A stretch of DNA of 64,000 nucleotides from Ylistrum balloti (Eukaryota). The stretch lies in NCBI RefSeq assembly GCF_031769215.1, contig NW_026782376.1:1302001-1366000 (forward strand), written 5' to 3'. The notes below the pieces were generated by a model. The model had not been told where the DNA came from and did not search any database. It was given only the letters and a program-made list of their open reading frames with translations. A program made the translations under genes and the position numbers. How positions within the stretch are numbered: the stretch's first letter is position 1; every line of letters begins with the position of its first letter. Positions 45,478-60,400 of the stretch are shown one piece after another.

Positions 45478-48400
45478 TTATAATTTTGGTGACATTTTAT
45501 TCATAAGTTTTTCAAGCTTCATGGCCATAGCCATATCTCCTTTGATTTTAAGTTTTCCCGACATAAAGGCTGCAACAGGTTTGAGCTCGCCTGCAAACAT
45601 CTTCTGGAAATCAGCACTGTCCATGCTCATTGTACAGTCAGCTCCCATTGGGGGCTCACCTGGTCCCAGGCTTCCAGCACCAGATTTCAAGTTGATGAAC
45701 CACGTACTATCATCAGTACCTGCAACAGATTGGCAATGCACCCTAATATTGTACATTACTGATACCTTACACACACCATGGCCAGTTTTGTTATTGGATT
45801 GAGAATTTAAAACCTTGTGACTACATACTGATCCCCTATTACAGAATTCTGTAAAATCACATATTATCGTTGGTCTCAATTTTCATGATTATTAAAAAAA
45901 ACTGAAGCTAATTTCAAAAGTTTGTGAACACACCAATTCAACAACAGTACCCACAAAATCAATGAAAATCAAACCCTGAGAAAATTGATGGTTTTACAGT
46001 ATACATTTCATTTTAATTTTTAATCATTAGGCACTGTCAAAAGCAGATTTCCATAGACAATGCAGTGAAAATCTCAAACTGCATTAGAATTGGTATAAAA
46101 CAAAGATACAAAATGATATTTTCAATACTGACAAACGTATTTAGAGTTGACATCTATATTTCATCATGTAACTGGCCTGTACAGGTTATACATTGACCAA
46201 ATCATTCACTTGGAGGTAAATACATACCTGACAGATTGAATTGGAAAACACCTCCTACACTTCCCACTAGATCCTCACTAAGCATAGACTGGATGGTTTC
46301 AAATGTCTTGGCTGGTCCACTGGTCCCAGCGGTTCCACTAAAAGCAGGTGTGGCACCTCCTTCACTCATTTGCTCCCTCAGTGTGTTGGCATCGACATCC
46401 AAGAAAAAGTCTGGGAGAAGTTTGCTGCCTGAAATAGTTAAAGTTAAGGTATGATTAGATGAGTCAGTTTTATACTCATGATAGATACTTCACTGAAACC
46501 TAAACAAACTATAAGGTAAGAATATTTGAATATCATTTACGTGTTTCTTTGTGGTAATAACCCCATGCCTGATAATAAGCATGTCTATGTTTTACTATTC
46601 AATAGAATTATAAAGGTATGTTACTCAATCATGTGATAGTGTGTCAGGCTTGGTATGGTTACCCTCTTGGTTGTTGCAGAATAACAGAATACAGTAATAG
46701 AATCCTTCACCTCTGTGTAGTGTAGACAGAGTTTTCTCAACCTGATATATATAAAGTTAAGTATGAAGCTATGCTAAACTTTGTAAATATTATCCGAGGG
46801 TTGAGATAACATTGTCCATATCATACAGAAATGATTGACTATTTTTCTCTCACTCTTTTCCATCAAAAAATGTCTTTGGGAATTGTACACACCCTGCTAT
46901 CATCAATTGCCCATAAAATGTGTGTTGAAATTGATGACGGTATCCATATCTGACATGGTTACCCTAACAAAATGATGTTTATCCCACTGTAAGTGGTGAT
47001 GTCAAAAGGCTTTTGTAAGCTGTCTTTTTCTCGGTTCCTAATCTTTCCCTGTAAACACAGGACAGCACCTGCAAAGTGTAGATGGATAAATGTGGTTTTA
47101 CAATATTAACTCACAAGACAATAAAATCTTTCTTTTTACCTTTTACCCAGCTATACTCCTCCATATCACTAACTCCAGCAGCTGCGAGTACTTCATCATC
47201 GATAGCAAAGTTTCCAGTGTAGGACTTGCTATCCTTAATCAGCATCACATAGGCAGCATCTGACATGATCTCAGGCTTACGACACTGCTTGGCTACCTCA
47301 TCTCCTCCACCTAACATCTCCATGGCAGCAGTGTAGATGGCTGGAAAAGAGTAACATTTCAAAGTAATCAATTGTTAGCAGTGTAAGTTATTCAAGGTTG
47401 ATAGAATTTTTAGCCCCCTTTACCATGAGATGGGGGATCTCAACCTGAGGGGGAGATTACTAAGTTGTTAAACCCGAGGTTTACCTAATGTTTGACAGCT
47501 GAATAATCTTCCCCGAGGGTATAGATCCCCATATCTCACCCTAAACAGGATGAATGATTATTTTTTTCTTACCCTATATTTCTTGCCTGAATGCAAGATA
47601 AGTGTTTTGTGTGTAAACAAAAACTCAAGGATGACATATGAATAGTGATGAGACATCTCACACATTGTGATTTAATCCTACACAAAATGTGATTCTAGTG
47701 TACATGCCAATAAAACGTTAGATATATTTTTGGTAAGCTGTAGATTGAGTTTCAATGTTGATGACAGCACAGGATTTCCAGATTTGAGGTAACACAGGAT
47801 TTCAGTAGCAGATGAATTGATCTGTGTACGTGACCTAATAAAAGTAGTTTAGGGACGTCACTGAAATTGTTTACAGAACGTGCAAAGAGCATGTGTACAA
47901 AACAAGGAAATCTCACACTGGGAAAAAATCTAGATTTACCTTACCAGGGTAAGAGAAAAAAAATAACACAGTATGGGGCTGATGAGAGTTAGTCATCACT
48001 GACCATATCTGATAGCACTTTTGATTAATTTCTGTCATTTTACCAATTCTTGAATTTATTACATATTTTTTGTTTTTATATTCTACATACATGTAATCTA
48101 CTCTATAAATAAATATGTGTAAATAGTAAGATTAAACTACACATTATTTACATGTTTGTTATTTCTTATATGTTTTGAGAATTGCATAAAAACTTCTTAC
48201 AAGCAAATTCAGTGAAAACTGTATTTTTGCAACATAAATATAAATTAAGAACTGTAAATTTTCACATTTCTCTTACAGTGGACAGCTTCAAATTTTAGAT
48301 TTCAAAACACTTTACAAGCAGTACAATTGCCACTCAATGCTAATTTTCATTGACAATTTTTGTAAATTCACCTAGAACAGTACATTTTTAGCCCTCACTA

Positions 48401-51400
48401 GATTCTACAGAGACCCTGGTAACCACAACCACATAAATAGGCAGTAGTTGAAATGTTCTTGTACTAACTAGAATTATTACACAACTTGAGATAATAGCAG
48501 TCATGCACTCAAAATTTTCACAAGCAAGTTACTCCAACTATCCATGGTTTTCCATAATGTACATGTATTTCTGGCATTAGAAAATATGGTTTGATTACTA
48601 CTCTTTCAATTTCCATCAGATATATGTAATCTGCCATCATTATTACTTGAAAATCAGATGAAGTACAATTTAAAATACTCTAAAAACTAATATGTTAATG
48701 GAAATCTTATTTTGGCACTTTTTGTGGTGAAAGTATTGTCCTAAAATAAGATAGCACTAATTGCTGCTCAGACAGTAATTATTATAAATTTGTAATTGCG
48801 CTTATGTAACAGAAAGGGATTATGCACTAAATTTCAATTGCACAAAGTTATGCAAAACAGAAACTCATTTATTCTCCAAAAACAGTACCTAATTAAGATT
48901 ATCCTGCAAATCACATGTGATGCTTCTCCACCACAGATCTAATATACTTACCTGTCCTTGGCCAGAGAGCATTAACAGCAACTCCATCAGGTTTGAACTC
49001 CTCAGCCATTCCCAAGACACACATTGACATTCCATACTTAGCCATGGTATATGCTGAAAAATATTATCATCATAGTGTAAATATATCAAATTGAACCAAG
49101 AGGTGAATTCTGAAAGTCATTTTTAGCGAATTTTGTAAACACTGGAGATCCACTGGGCCTTGATTGCACACTTATATTTGTTTGGCTAATTGTTTCATCC
49201 TTACGAAAGGAAAAGGAATTCTAAGCGTTTCTTTTTGTTTCCAATTGAGGTCCATCCATCTGCTCCTAAACCATGTCTATAAAAGAATCCTTCATCCAGA
49301 TATACTTCAGACCAAATGGATTTTAAAGAATTGACTCTATTTCCCCTATTGGACTTAGCACCTCCCATCCTAGGGGGTCCTCCAAGACCCACTATGTATA
49401 CAAAAAAGTATTTTCCATCAAAGGGTACTTCAGACCAAATTGGGACAGAATTCTGATATTCCTACAGAGAAAAGAGGATTTCCCTTATAAGGTTCTGACC
49501 TCATGCCCCAGGTGGCAGAGACAACTGATTATACAAAAGTGAGTCTCCGTCACCTAAGAATGCTTCAGACCCAACTAACAGAGAAAGTCCAGACATTCAA
49601 TGTAAAATTTAAGAATAATGACAGGACTGAGAAGGGTTAATTTTAAGATTATCTTAAGTAACAATGACCTTGTTATTGAGGCTGTAATATTCAAGCTCAA
49701 ATGTATTCTTGGAAATAAGCCCCTGTATAAGATTTAGAATAAGAGTTTGTAGAAGGAAATGATTCAGGAAATCTATTTTTAGTAATAATGAACTTGACCT
49801 TAAGCTAGATGTCTGATATGAGAAACTGTTTGAGCTATTTTTGGTAGTGAACCAGCAATGTATGATGTTTTATGGAAGCTGGATAATATTTGTAAAAGAC
49901 AACAAAAGTTTGATTGATGGATGATGCCTCAGGGTAAATAAATGATGTCTTGTTTTTAAATCAAATGACCTGGGAATAAGTTTACTGTTGATGTAAAGAA
50001 ATCCTAATCTCCTAATCTAAGTAATAAATCTGAAGTTTTGGCACTTGACACTCACCTACATGTCCCTTGAACCAATCCTTGTTCATGTTAAGTGGAGGGC
50101 TGATGTTCAAAATGTGAGGATTAGAACTCTTCAGGAGGTAAGGTAAGCATACATGAGAACTGAAATCAAAGAGAAAGTACCCAGGACTCATTTCATAAGT
50201 TTTGGAAAATGGACTAAAAGGGAAATGGAATCTCAGATTATTGAATCTTGATTTTGTTTTTTCATTGTTTCTGTGCTTTATTTTTCACACCATTTTGAGT
50301 CTTGAATTAAGTTTACAGGATGGAAACCATCAAGTTCATATACAATCTGCTATCATAATATATACATCAAGAGAAGTGATAAAAGACATATTTCCAATAT
50401 GAATATGTGCTTTACGTCACTAACAATATCAGAGACAATGTGCCCTGGTTAATATTAAATAAATAACATCCACTACATTTACAGACCATAGTTCACATCA
50501 CATATAACACTCACCAGAGGTAAGTACCCCTGCCATTGATGTTCATCATTAGGTCATATTTCTTCATGCCTGTTGACAGCGTGCCTGTGAGGGAGATGGC
50601 GCTGGCATTATTGACAAGGATGTCAATCCCTCCAAACTTGGCTACAGCCTCCTCTACTGCTTTCTGCACCTGTTCTTCATTTCTGATGTCTACCACACAG
50701 GGCAGACATTTCCCTCCAGCATCTTCAACTGTAATATGAAAATGATTTATCAATATCAGAGGCCCAGAACATCAACTTACCTGCAGAGTCTGGGGGTAAA
50801 GTCAGGATTTTATTTATCAGCAGCAGTACTTTTGGATTACAAACAAGTCACAATTTAATGGTTATTGATTATTGTACATCTGTATACTATTGTTTTACAT
50901 ATTTAATGTAACTACATTTATTTTGTACTTTCCTGCTAATATTGCATAATTAATGGAGGGAGTGGGGATGATGGGAGAGAGAAAAAAACGAAAAAAAAAT
51001 CAAATTAATTCCCAATATATAAGATAATCTGACATTGAAAATGTGTGTTTAAACTGTTTCATTTCAGACAATGGTGATATTTGGTTTAAACATGGTTTAT
51101 CCTGAAACATATGTAAGTCAATGAACAATATATATTAGAGGAAAATTGGGACATTTATTTACAGAAATATGATAAAAATTTGGGAATTTTACAGTAAACC
51201 TCTGCTCAGTTCAAATAACAGGTTGTTTGAACATGTAATTTCTTCAACAAAAACAATAATTTTCTGTCTAGTGACAGTTTGAACCCTTTCTAGTTTTGTG
51301 TCATTTACCATTTGAATTGTTCAAACATATTGTCAGACCACATGTATTGGTAAAGATATTAGCAATAATTACTTCATGTTGTCATTACTCACATCAATGT

Positions 51401-54166
51401 TAAAATATGGGTAGTGGGATGTAAATATTCATTGTAAGCAATCGATAGTGCCCAATTATACACATACAAGTCACTTAATTAGCATTGATTCAGCGTGATT
51501 TCTTTCACATCTTGCCATGCCACTGTGCTTGTAACAGCTGACATAACTTGAGGCCTGTAATACCAGTGCTTGCTTCATCAGTGTAAATGGACTACAGAAT
51601 ATTGGCATGTATATTGTCAAAGAGCACTTAACATAGTAATTATCCCTATTTATTATGTCAAATAACTGTAGGAGTCATAGTGCATTTTAACAAACATGAA
51701 TCCATTGTCATAAATCTCAATCCACACTTCATATAATGATATGAGAATGCTTTTTTCGACCTACATTTAAAATGGGTTTCTTTGTCGCAATATCCATTGT
51801 GATGAAGAACAAAATAATGATTTTATTAACAGTCAACTAATATCTACAGCAAATGTTTCAAAAGATAATCTCATTGTAATCAACATCTTTTTTCCAGAAA
51901 ATACCATAATAGATTTCCTGCCTAGTTTGAAAGGTTCTGACTATCTATCTGCGACTTTGTTCTTGTCTTGGTTGCAGCTCATCCATTACAAGAGGAAAAA
52001 AAATTGTGCATAGATAGTCAGAACCCTTCACACTATTTCCTGCCTTGCTAAGATGCTTTTTTTAATAATTTGTAATGATTATTGGGCACTGTCAACTCTG
52101 ATAATTTGAACTTCAGTTTATTTTCACGAGAAGAATTTCATACAATTGAAAGAGTTAAACAATATTTATTTTATTTTTGTTCAAAATGACTGCAGGTTTA
52201 CTGTAATTCCTTTAGATAATGTAAAACAAGTTTTTATTAAACAGCTGTCATCTATTTATTTAAGTCACATACAAATATGATCTTAAGATGCTAGGTGAAA
52301 AGTAACAAATTTTTTTGTTATATAGCACACCTTCCTTGGCCGCTGTGTAAATGGTGCCTGGTAACTTGGGGTGTGGTTCTGTTGTCTTTGCTGCTATGAC
52401 AACGTTAGCTCCATCTCTCGCTGCCTTCAATGCTATAGCTTTCCCAATTCCACGACTGGCTCCTGTTATGAATAGAGTCTTTCCTGCTAAAAGCCTGAAA
52501 CAAAGACAAATTCTATTTACATTGAAATATCAAATAGCTTTTTAATGTGATCGTTTTAGGTGAAAGAATGGGATCATTGTCTCTATGGTATAAAAACTGT
52601 ACCTCTTCAATATTTCATAAATATGAAGTGAATAAATTTAACCATTATCAAAATGTTGAGTAACTGATATTTACAGCATTCATCAGTAAACCTTATACTG
52701 AGCATTTATGTATTCAACATATACATGCATAATGTATCTTACATTAATTTTACCTGAAAAGTGTTTATTATATGCCTTTATATTGTATTAGTAACTGATA
52801 AATATATATACAGGATATTTATATGACATGACATGTTGTGGTGCAGTATACTAGCCCTGAAGGCTCAATAAATGTTCATTAACTTTGTCCGGAGTTGATC
52901 TTCCATGCTCAGTAATTAAGTGATGACACATTTTTGATTAATTTTAATGGGCTATTACACAGTTAATTTTTGCTCATATTTGGTACAAAATATTTAAATA
53001 ACATTAATACATTTATTACAATATTTCTCCAAACTTATCATACTATATATATCTTTCGAAGACCGTTGCATTTCTAATAAACTGTATTTAATTTTTTTTT
53101 TTTTTTTCAAATTTGAGATAAAGAGGAGGAGAGACAATCCATTTAAGTTATTCTTTAAACAATAAAGGATCAAGAAGGCCATATCATCATCCATCATTCT
53201 GGTAAAGTGAAGACAGTCAGTGGCACAGCAATAAGGTATGCTTGTACACTCAAAACAATGATTATTGTTAAAAAAAAATATTACTGCATTTTTTCAATTT
53301 TTATTGAATAATATGTGTTGGTGTAAATAGAAAAGGTATCTCTGATTAGCTAATACCTGTCAGGTTCAGGGGGGCTTCTCCCCTGGGCCCTCTCTTGAAA
53401 GCATACACCCCTAAAAAACGTTTGCTATGCCACTATATCTGTATCTATCATATATATTTATAAACCATATACTAGATTTCATTTCTTTTAATTTTGCTTG
53501 ATTGGAAAGTTTGGTAACTAAAACCAGATAGATATATCTCTGCTAGACAATAAGGAAAATTAACAAACCAAATTTTTTGGCCCTACAATGAACAGCGCAG
53601 TTTTGCATGGATTGTTGAGTTCCATGTGGTAACATCAAAATAAAAAACTCAGAAATAAAGTTACAAACAGGTAATGGCATTAATTATGATAGGAAGTAAT
53701 ATGGTTACAAAATTGCCCTGCTTCCAAGGTTTGAACAAGCAAAACAGAAAGCCCCACTAGGCAAGGCAACCTTTACTCTCAACTTCCATGTGCTTAACAA
53801 TAAGAATGTATAATAACTTCTTAAAATAAGTGATTATTTCAATATATTTTTGTGTAAATCAGGGGACTAAGGTATATTCTTATTGGCAGAACATCAGACT
53901 CCTCTGGTTAACAAGACTTATAAACTGTTGAATGTTTAGTGCAAGGAAATAATGACAACTTCAATCAGAGACGTATAAAACATGTGTAAGATATAAATTC
54001 ATAGTGACTAGACACATACTATTTCATTTTTTATCTAAGCTTATCACAATACCACTTGCACAAAGTAGCCTACAAATAAATTGCAATAGATATGATTCAA
54101 GTTGACGAATATTATGTAACACAGAACACTGTTTCACTACCGTCACCTGTCATTGAAATCCTGCAT
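45478..54166 (-). CDS. HSDL2: Hydroxysteroid dehydrogenase-like protein 2, full length (SDR, linker, one SCP2 domain, PTS1-like PKL), about 415 aa
   Basis: Exons (minus) 54166-54147, 52494-52331, 50728-50515, 50159-50056, 49053-48952, 47340-47140, 46428-46228, 45719-45478; 1248 nt in frame. Motifs TGASRGIG, NNAS, AYTMAKY; SCP2 segment ...AFMSGKLKIKGDMAMAMKLEKLM; ends SPKL*. Confidence 0.93.
45847..46001. mobile_element. Tc1/mariner-type MITE copy (TACTGTAAAA.CA TIR family)
   Basis: TTCTGTAAAATCA ... TGGTTTTACAGTA ends, the same family as 63600-63805. Confidence 0.55.
47427..47537. repeat. Imperfect inverted repeat of about 33 bp (MITE-like hairpin); related sequence near 46705-46850
   Basis: GAGATGGGGGATCTCAACCTGAGGGGGAGATTA versus the reverse complement of TAATCTTCCCCGAGGGTATAGATCCCCATATCTC. 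Confidence 0.55.
49270..49600 (+). repeat. Degenerate satellite-like repeat, period about 125-135 bp
   Basis: T(A/G)CTTCAGACC(A/C)AA recurs at about 49303, 49427 and 49561. Confidence 0.45.
53218..53435. mobile_element. Possible hAT-like MITE
   Basis: Inverted termini CAGTGGCACAGC / GCTATGCCACTA. No target-site duplication found. Confidence 0.35.
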
Positions 54167-54550
54167 ATGAAACAGTATACGCGGCGCCTGTCAACCGCCG
54201 AAAGATCGAAAGTGACGTAAAATACGTTAAATATACTCATTAGGTACACTCATAAGTACTGTCAAAAGCTTCTTGTCATGTTGAATGAACGTTGACCTGT
54301 CAAGGTACAAGCCTTCGTGTATCTAATATATGCAACATTTCGATTGAAAATGACAAATAGGACCAATGACAATAAAATATTCTGTCGTCTGCACACCCTC
54401 CTCTTAAAGCATAAGTGCACGCTGTACACACCCGGTGTTTGCAGCCATGATTCGGAGTCCTATGTAAGTTCTCAGTAACAAGACTCAACACACAACCGGC
54501 AAGTGAACGGACTTTGTATCTTGTTTAACATATTTTTAGTCAGGTATATA
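54167..54550. promoter_or_regulatory. HSDL2 promoter, possibly shared with the divergent SCPx-like thiolase gene
   Basis: Local CpG/GC-rich patch (GCGGCGCCTGTCAACCGCCG, CRE-like GTGACGTAA). The thiolase ATG at 57484 is preceded by a splice acceptor at 57452-57453, which implies an upstream non-coding exon. Confidence 0.45.
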
Positions 54551-57483
54551 AAAGCGGAAAGAAACTATAATAATTGTACTAAAATAATTGATTTATGTTG
54601 TTGATCCTTAGAATATGAAGATATTTTCCTCAACATGTTTTATAAAATCAATATGCATTGCTATCATACAGGAAAAAATCAAGAAAAATTTGGAATTCAT
54701 TTCATATTACAACAAACTGAAACGTACTAGTTCAGCAAATTATATTAATCAGTGTTTATCAAGGGAGAATACTCTAAAAGTTGTCTGCAAAAAATGGTAT
54801 TCCAGGCAAGGGGGTATGTCAGGTGAGTTTTGCATCTGCATAAGAAAGATCGTTCATCGGTTGAAGGACAGATTTAAACTTGTGTAATATTGTTAAAATT
54901 TTCTTTGGAAATTAGTTGTCTGGTGAAATAAGCCTAGTTTTCTATGCCGTTTTGTCGATTCCCTGCAGTCATTATATTGCATTTCATTTGCCAACTGTTA
55001 ACCCAGCTGTCATGATAAAAAGTGATACTCAATACAGTAGCTTAATCTGTTGTCCCAAGACAAACTATACTTTTAACCAATGTGCCGTAACTACTGAAAT
55101 TTCATCAATGAATGAAAATATTTTTCTCTGTTTTTTTTCAACAGGGACCAAAAAATATTAAGATAAGATTATTTCTGGTTAAGGACTATCAGAGTCCTCT
55201 ATAGACTATACCAGACTCACAATAAACAAATGAATTCATAAAAAAAACCCCGGTAAACATGTACATTAATGTCTCATACCCAGTTATTTAATTGTTGCTT
55301 TGTAATGAAAGAAAAGTTATTTTTAAAGGTGTTAGGATTTAATGCTGATACAACATTTTCTAACAATTAATTCCAAATTGACATTGTTCTGGATGATTTT
55401 TTTTCTGAACATATTTATGGACCGCTTAGGGAATATGATATTAATGTGTCCTCTGCTATTTTGGCAATCAGCAGCATTTTTCCGTAGTTTGATAGCATTA
55501 AAAAATTCATTATCATAAATTTGACTTGTTATTTTGTACAGTTCTGTCATTGTATAATGCATTGTACATCCCTGGTTTCAAGAGTCAGAGTTTCATGCAT
55601 CCTCATGGTAAATACATGTTGTTTAGAAATTGAGGGTACAGGTCTGCTTATGATAAATTGCCTCTATTCTGGGGTATTTCCATTTTAGTCAAGTGTTACA
55701 GTGTCTGGTGAGAGATCACAAGGTCACTAGATCAAACCCCAGCCTTACTCTTTCCTACTACATTTATGGTACCATTGACCACTTAAGGATATAGCTGAAG
55801 GAGAATGAAATGCTTCTTTGGAGATATGAAAGCTTGGTAGAGTTATTTTAAGGCGAAATACTTGTGAAGGAGGGAGTACTGTTAAAGTTGAAATGTTGCC
55901 TTACCAACCTCATATTTGTTGGAATGAATTCCCATTTAGTCAACTGATAGACTCTCCAAAGTGTGGCTAGTTCAGACTCGATCAGGAGCAGGTATTTTTT
56001 CATTACTCCTTCAAATTTAAAAAGCAAATTAATTGATAGCAACAACAAGGATGGGTATATACAGATGTGTCTCAGACGTGACTTTCAGTATATTTTATTG
56101 ATTTCCAAAGGAGCATATAACTGTTGCTTTGTCCGTCCTTCTATCTGTCTGTCCTTTTCATGTCCTTGCATAACTTTGCCTGCAGAGAAGCATGGATCTT
56201 GAAACTTGGTTTGTACATCAATTACACTAAGGCAATATATAGTGTACTAAATTGAAAGTCCATGGCCCAAGACTTAGAGAGTTATTGGTCTTTGGCAAAA
56301 TTTCATACATGGAGCATAACTTGTTTGTTAGCATTTAAACTAGGATAATGAAATGGTCATACTAGGACAACGTGCAGTGTACCCAAATCAGGGTCCCCTT
56401 AAAGCGACCAAATGGTTAGATTTCTTTTCTATTTTTTCTCATGTGTTTGATTTCGGGAAAACATCAAAATACTTAAAATTAGACTTTTCACAAAATCAAA
56501 ACACTCTCTAAGAGAAATTGATAAAGATTATCAGCTTCATATTAATACTGGTTGACTCTTGCTGTTGTGTCTACCACCCATCTCTGTTTTGATCATAGAT
56601 AGCCGAGTTCATCACCTGACCTTTCGGAGCCTCATTTTAACCTGCCATTTTGTTATGATTTCATACGATGTATAATACTAGGATTAGTCAAAACTAAATT
56701 TGCCAGCCATTTTGCTATTCTTACTTTGTAAAATGACCACTTATTCATGCTATTTGTGTGACAGAGCAAGATAAATGAATTTGAATTAATCTGAATCAAA
56801 AATTGCATGCCCAAAGTCATTGTTGACAATCTCTGAATGATAATGATATGAATTAGTGTTGGGTCGCTCCTATTTTATTTTAACTTTTTGATGTTGTAAT
56901 AAAATGGTTATGCAAACTTTAAAATATCATAATTAACAGAAAATACACAATTTTTATCAGATATTTGAATGTTAAAGTGCTTTTACCATTTATGAAATGA
57001 ATATCTAACCATTTAATCCCTTTAATTATAGAATCATTGTCCTTTGTTAAAATATTGTGTCAGGAGGATAAGTATTTTTTCAAATTAATGCCTGTAAGTA
57101 CATTTTTTGAAAACAGTTTCAAAGCCTATGATATTTGAACATCTTATTATCTCCAGTACAAATAACAATACTAAAATGTTCATAAACACACATACTAGTA
57201 ACAAACATTGCATATAGGTGACATGCACATAAGTATCAGACAGATGAAATGTGCCCTTGCTTTCATAGCTCATCAGTAACACATATATGTAACATGTTAA
57301 AACATTATTCTGTCCAAACTCTCACATATTTTTACAGAGAGGTGTCATTAACATAATGAAATACAAAATTCAGAGACAAAAAAATAACCTGATAAAGTTG
57401 TTTTTGTGGTGCATTTATCAGATCCATTGATGTACATGTGTCATTTTTCACAGGTTTATTCTTTAAAAGTTCTAGCTTGTGAA

Positions 57484-60400
57484 ATGGCAATGAGTTTACT
57501 CCGCAACAAGATGAGAACATTTGTGGTTGGTGTTGGGGTTACAAAGTTTGAAAAGCCATTGACTAAAGCATGGGATTATCCAGATATGGGCAAGGAAGCA
57601 GGTAAAGAACCACAATGCATATTCAAAAGAACTCTATTTTCATGTTTTGTACATGTATATCTGGTCCAAACTATTCAGACCTTCTGATGAATTTATATAT
57701 TTTCTCCCACAGATGTTAGAAAATTGATAAAACGTCAGAATAATTGAGACTAGAATGTAGAAATTAATGGGCTACTTTCATTTTATTGTTTGATCAGTTG
57801 AACAAGGGTTGTTCTTAATGATTTTATTTTACTTTCTGATGAACTTCAGTTATGTCTTTCCGGGCTTATATTAATATTTGTAGATCTGTTGCATTTTATG
57901 ACTGATTTTTTATTGCTATTTCTTGATAAGTACTGGATGGAAACCTTCTCAAATTGCATATGTATGTTTTCCTTGGACCCTATTTGTGCTCATTTACTTT
58001 TAGGACTGATCAAAAATAGGAAATGACTGACAGGCAGCCATCTTGGATTTTTTCAATGAAGTTTATTATTGCTTGAAAAGGAAGAGATGGATCTCTCTCA
58101 AATTTCATATGTAGGTTCTCCTTGGTCTCTTGTTGTGCCTATGTCAACTTGGGAACTTATCAGAAAAATGAAATGGCTGACAGAGGGCCATCTTTGATTT
58201 TGACTTTGAAAGTTTATTATCACTATTTCTTGACAACTATTATATAGACCTTTCTCAAATTTCATATGTAGGTTCCCTTTAGTCCTTAGTTGTGCTTATG
58301 GAATTTTGGATCTGATCAGAAAAACATAATGGCTGAAAGGGGTCATCTTTGATTTTGATTTATAAGATTGTTATTGCTATTTCTTGAGAAGTAAAGTAAC
58401 TTGAGAAGTAAAGTAAAAGTTTGTTATCAGTATTTCTTGACACTTACTCAATAGATCTTTCTGAAATTTCATGGACAGGTTCCTTTAGGTCCCTAGTTGT
58501 ACCTGTTAGAGTTTGGGACTGATCAGAAGAAACAAAATGGCTTCCAGTTGTCCATTTTGGATTTGGCAGGTAAAGATTATCATCCCTATTTTTGCAAAGG
58601 AGCAGATACAGAGAAAAGAAGGGAAAAGTCCAACTTATAAAGATCAAACAATGGTGGTGCTCAGATCCCTCTAGGTTCTCTTGTGTTGTATTGTACAAAC
58701 TTTCATGGGAAAAACTGGTTGACCAACTCAAGATAAAGTTATAAACCATTCCCTATCACCTATCGTGATTGATCCATAAAAACAAATGTAATTTTCCTAT
58801 CAAGCATCTGCATACCTTTGGGTATTTAAATGAGGTTCTAGGAACCAATTATCATCCATTGAAGACATGAAAGGATTAGCTTTATACCCCATGACTTGTA
58901 TAAAACTTAATTAATAAGAACAGTTATAACTATCTGAAGGGATTTACACTTGATTTATCAGGTGAAGAAGCTTTGAAGGATGCAGGACTGCCATACAGTA
59001 ATGTTAAAGCTGTGGTTGCCAGTTACTGTTACGGAGAACCAACCAGTGGTCAGCGAGCTGTGTACAACCTCGGACTCAGTGGTGTCCCAATCTTCAATGT
59101 CAATAACAACTGTTCCTCAGGATCCAGTGCTCTGATGTTGGCAAGGCGTATGGTCCAGAGTGGAATGGAGGACTGCGTCATGGCTCTTGGTACTTTCCGT
59201 TTCTCAGTTTTGTGATGTCTGGCAAATGTTATGATTGGACAGTTCCTGATGCGAGACAAATCTAAAATTGTTGAAAGAAAATTTGATGCCAATTACACAT
59301 TTACCTCACAAGTATTGATATAAGTAGATTTTTACAACTTTTAAAAATCTGTTCTTTGAATCAACATTCTTTTTTAAATGACACAATTTGAACCAGAGTT
59401 GGTTTAATTATTGACTGTTTTTGAAAAAGACATGTTATTTCATTGATTGATGTTAAAATAATTTTGCATGATGCAGGTTTTGAAAAGATGGAAAGAGGTC
59501 TATCAGAAAAGTACACTGACCGGACATCACCAGTCAAGCGTCATATGGATCACATGGTGGAAATTGGGGCTGAGCCAGGTCTTATACAGCCACGTCTGAA
59601 TCAGATGACATCAGACGTCGTTAAATTGTATGCATATGCTGCTCGAGAATACCTGCAGAAATATCCTTATGCCACTTTAGATGATATGGTGGAAATATCT
59701 TACAAGAACCACAAACAGAGTTTGAACAACCCCAAGGCAGCACTACAGAGAGTTATTCCACGCGAGGACATTAAAACAAAGATACCTCTCTGTGATCCAA
59801 TCACTTTTTGGATGTCGGCTCCGACTGCTGATGGTGGTGCAGCAGCCATTGTGTGTAATGAGGATTTTGTGGTGGCAAATAACCTCCAGCACCATGCTGT
59901 GGAAATCATTGCACAACATATGGTCACTGACATGAAGTCATCTTTTGGTCAGAGTTTCCAAGATCTCTCTGGTTATGGTATGGCCAAGGAGGCTGCTAGA
60001 CGCTGCTATCAGGACTCTGGGTTGACTCCGGAGGATGTGGATGTGCTCGAGGTCCATGATTGCTTCTCGTGTAACGAGCTCTTCATGTATGAAGCTCTTC
60101 AGTTATCAAAGGAGGGAAGAGGCGTAGACCTGATTCGTGATGGAAAATGGGTTAAGAACAAAAATGGAGGAGAAATCTGCAAACTTGCTGGAAAATGGGT
60201 TGTAAACCCTTCAGGAGGACTTGAGTCAAAAGGTCATCCCATAGGAGCAACAGGTATTTGCATATTTGATTCCATCTTCTTTACAGTTATCAATTGTTTC
60301 TTAATTTCTGTCTAGACTAAAACAAAGAGATAATTGGCATGGCTTTGTTAGTAAATTAAGGACCTATATTTTGTTCCTTATCATACTTTATTCAGATCGT

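Noticed and set aside
54290-54310. Nuclear-receptor (PPRE-like) element TGACCTGTCAAGGT in the HSDL2/thiolase promoter
   Set aside because: It has one good half-site only, which is expected by chance. Not supportable without binding data.
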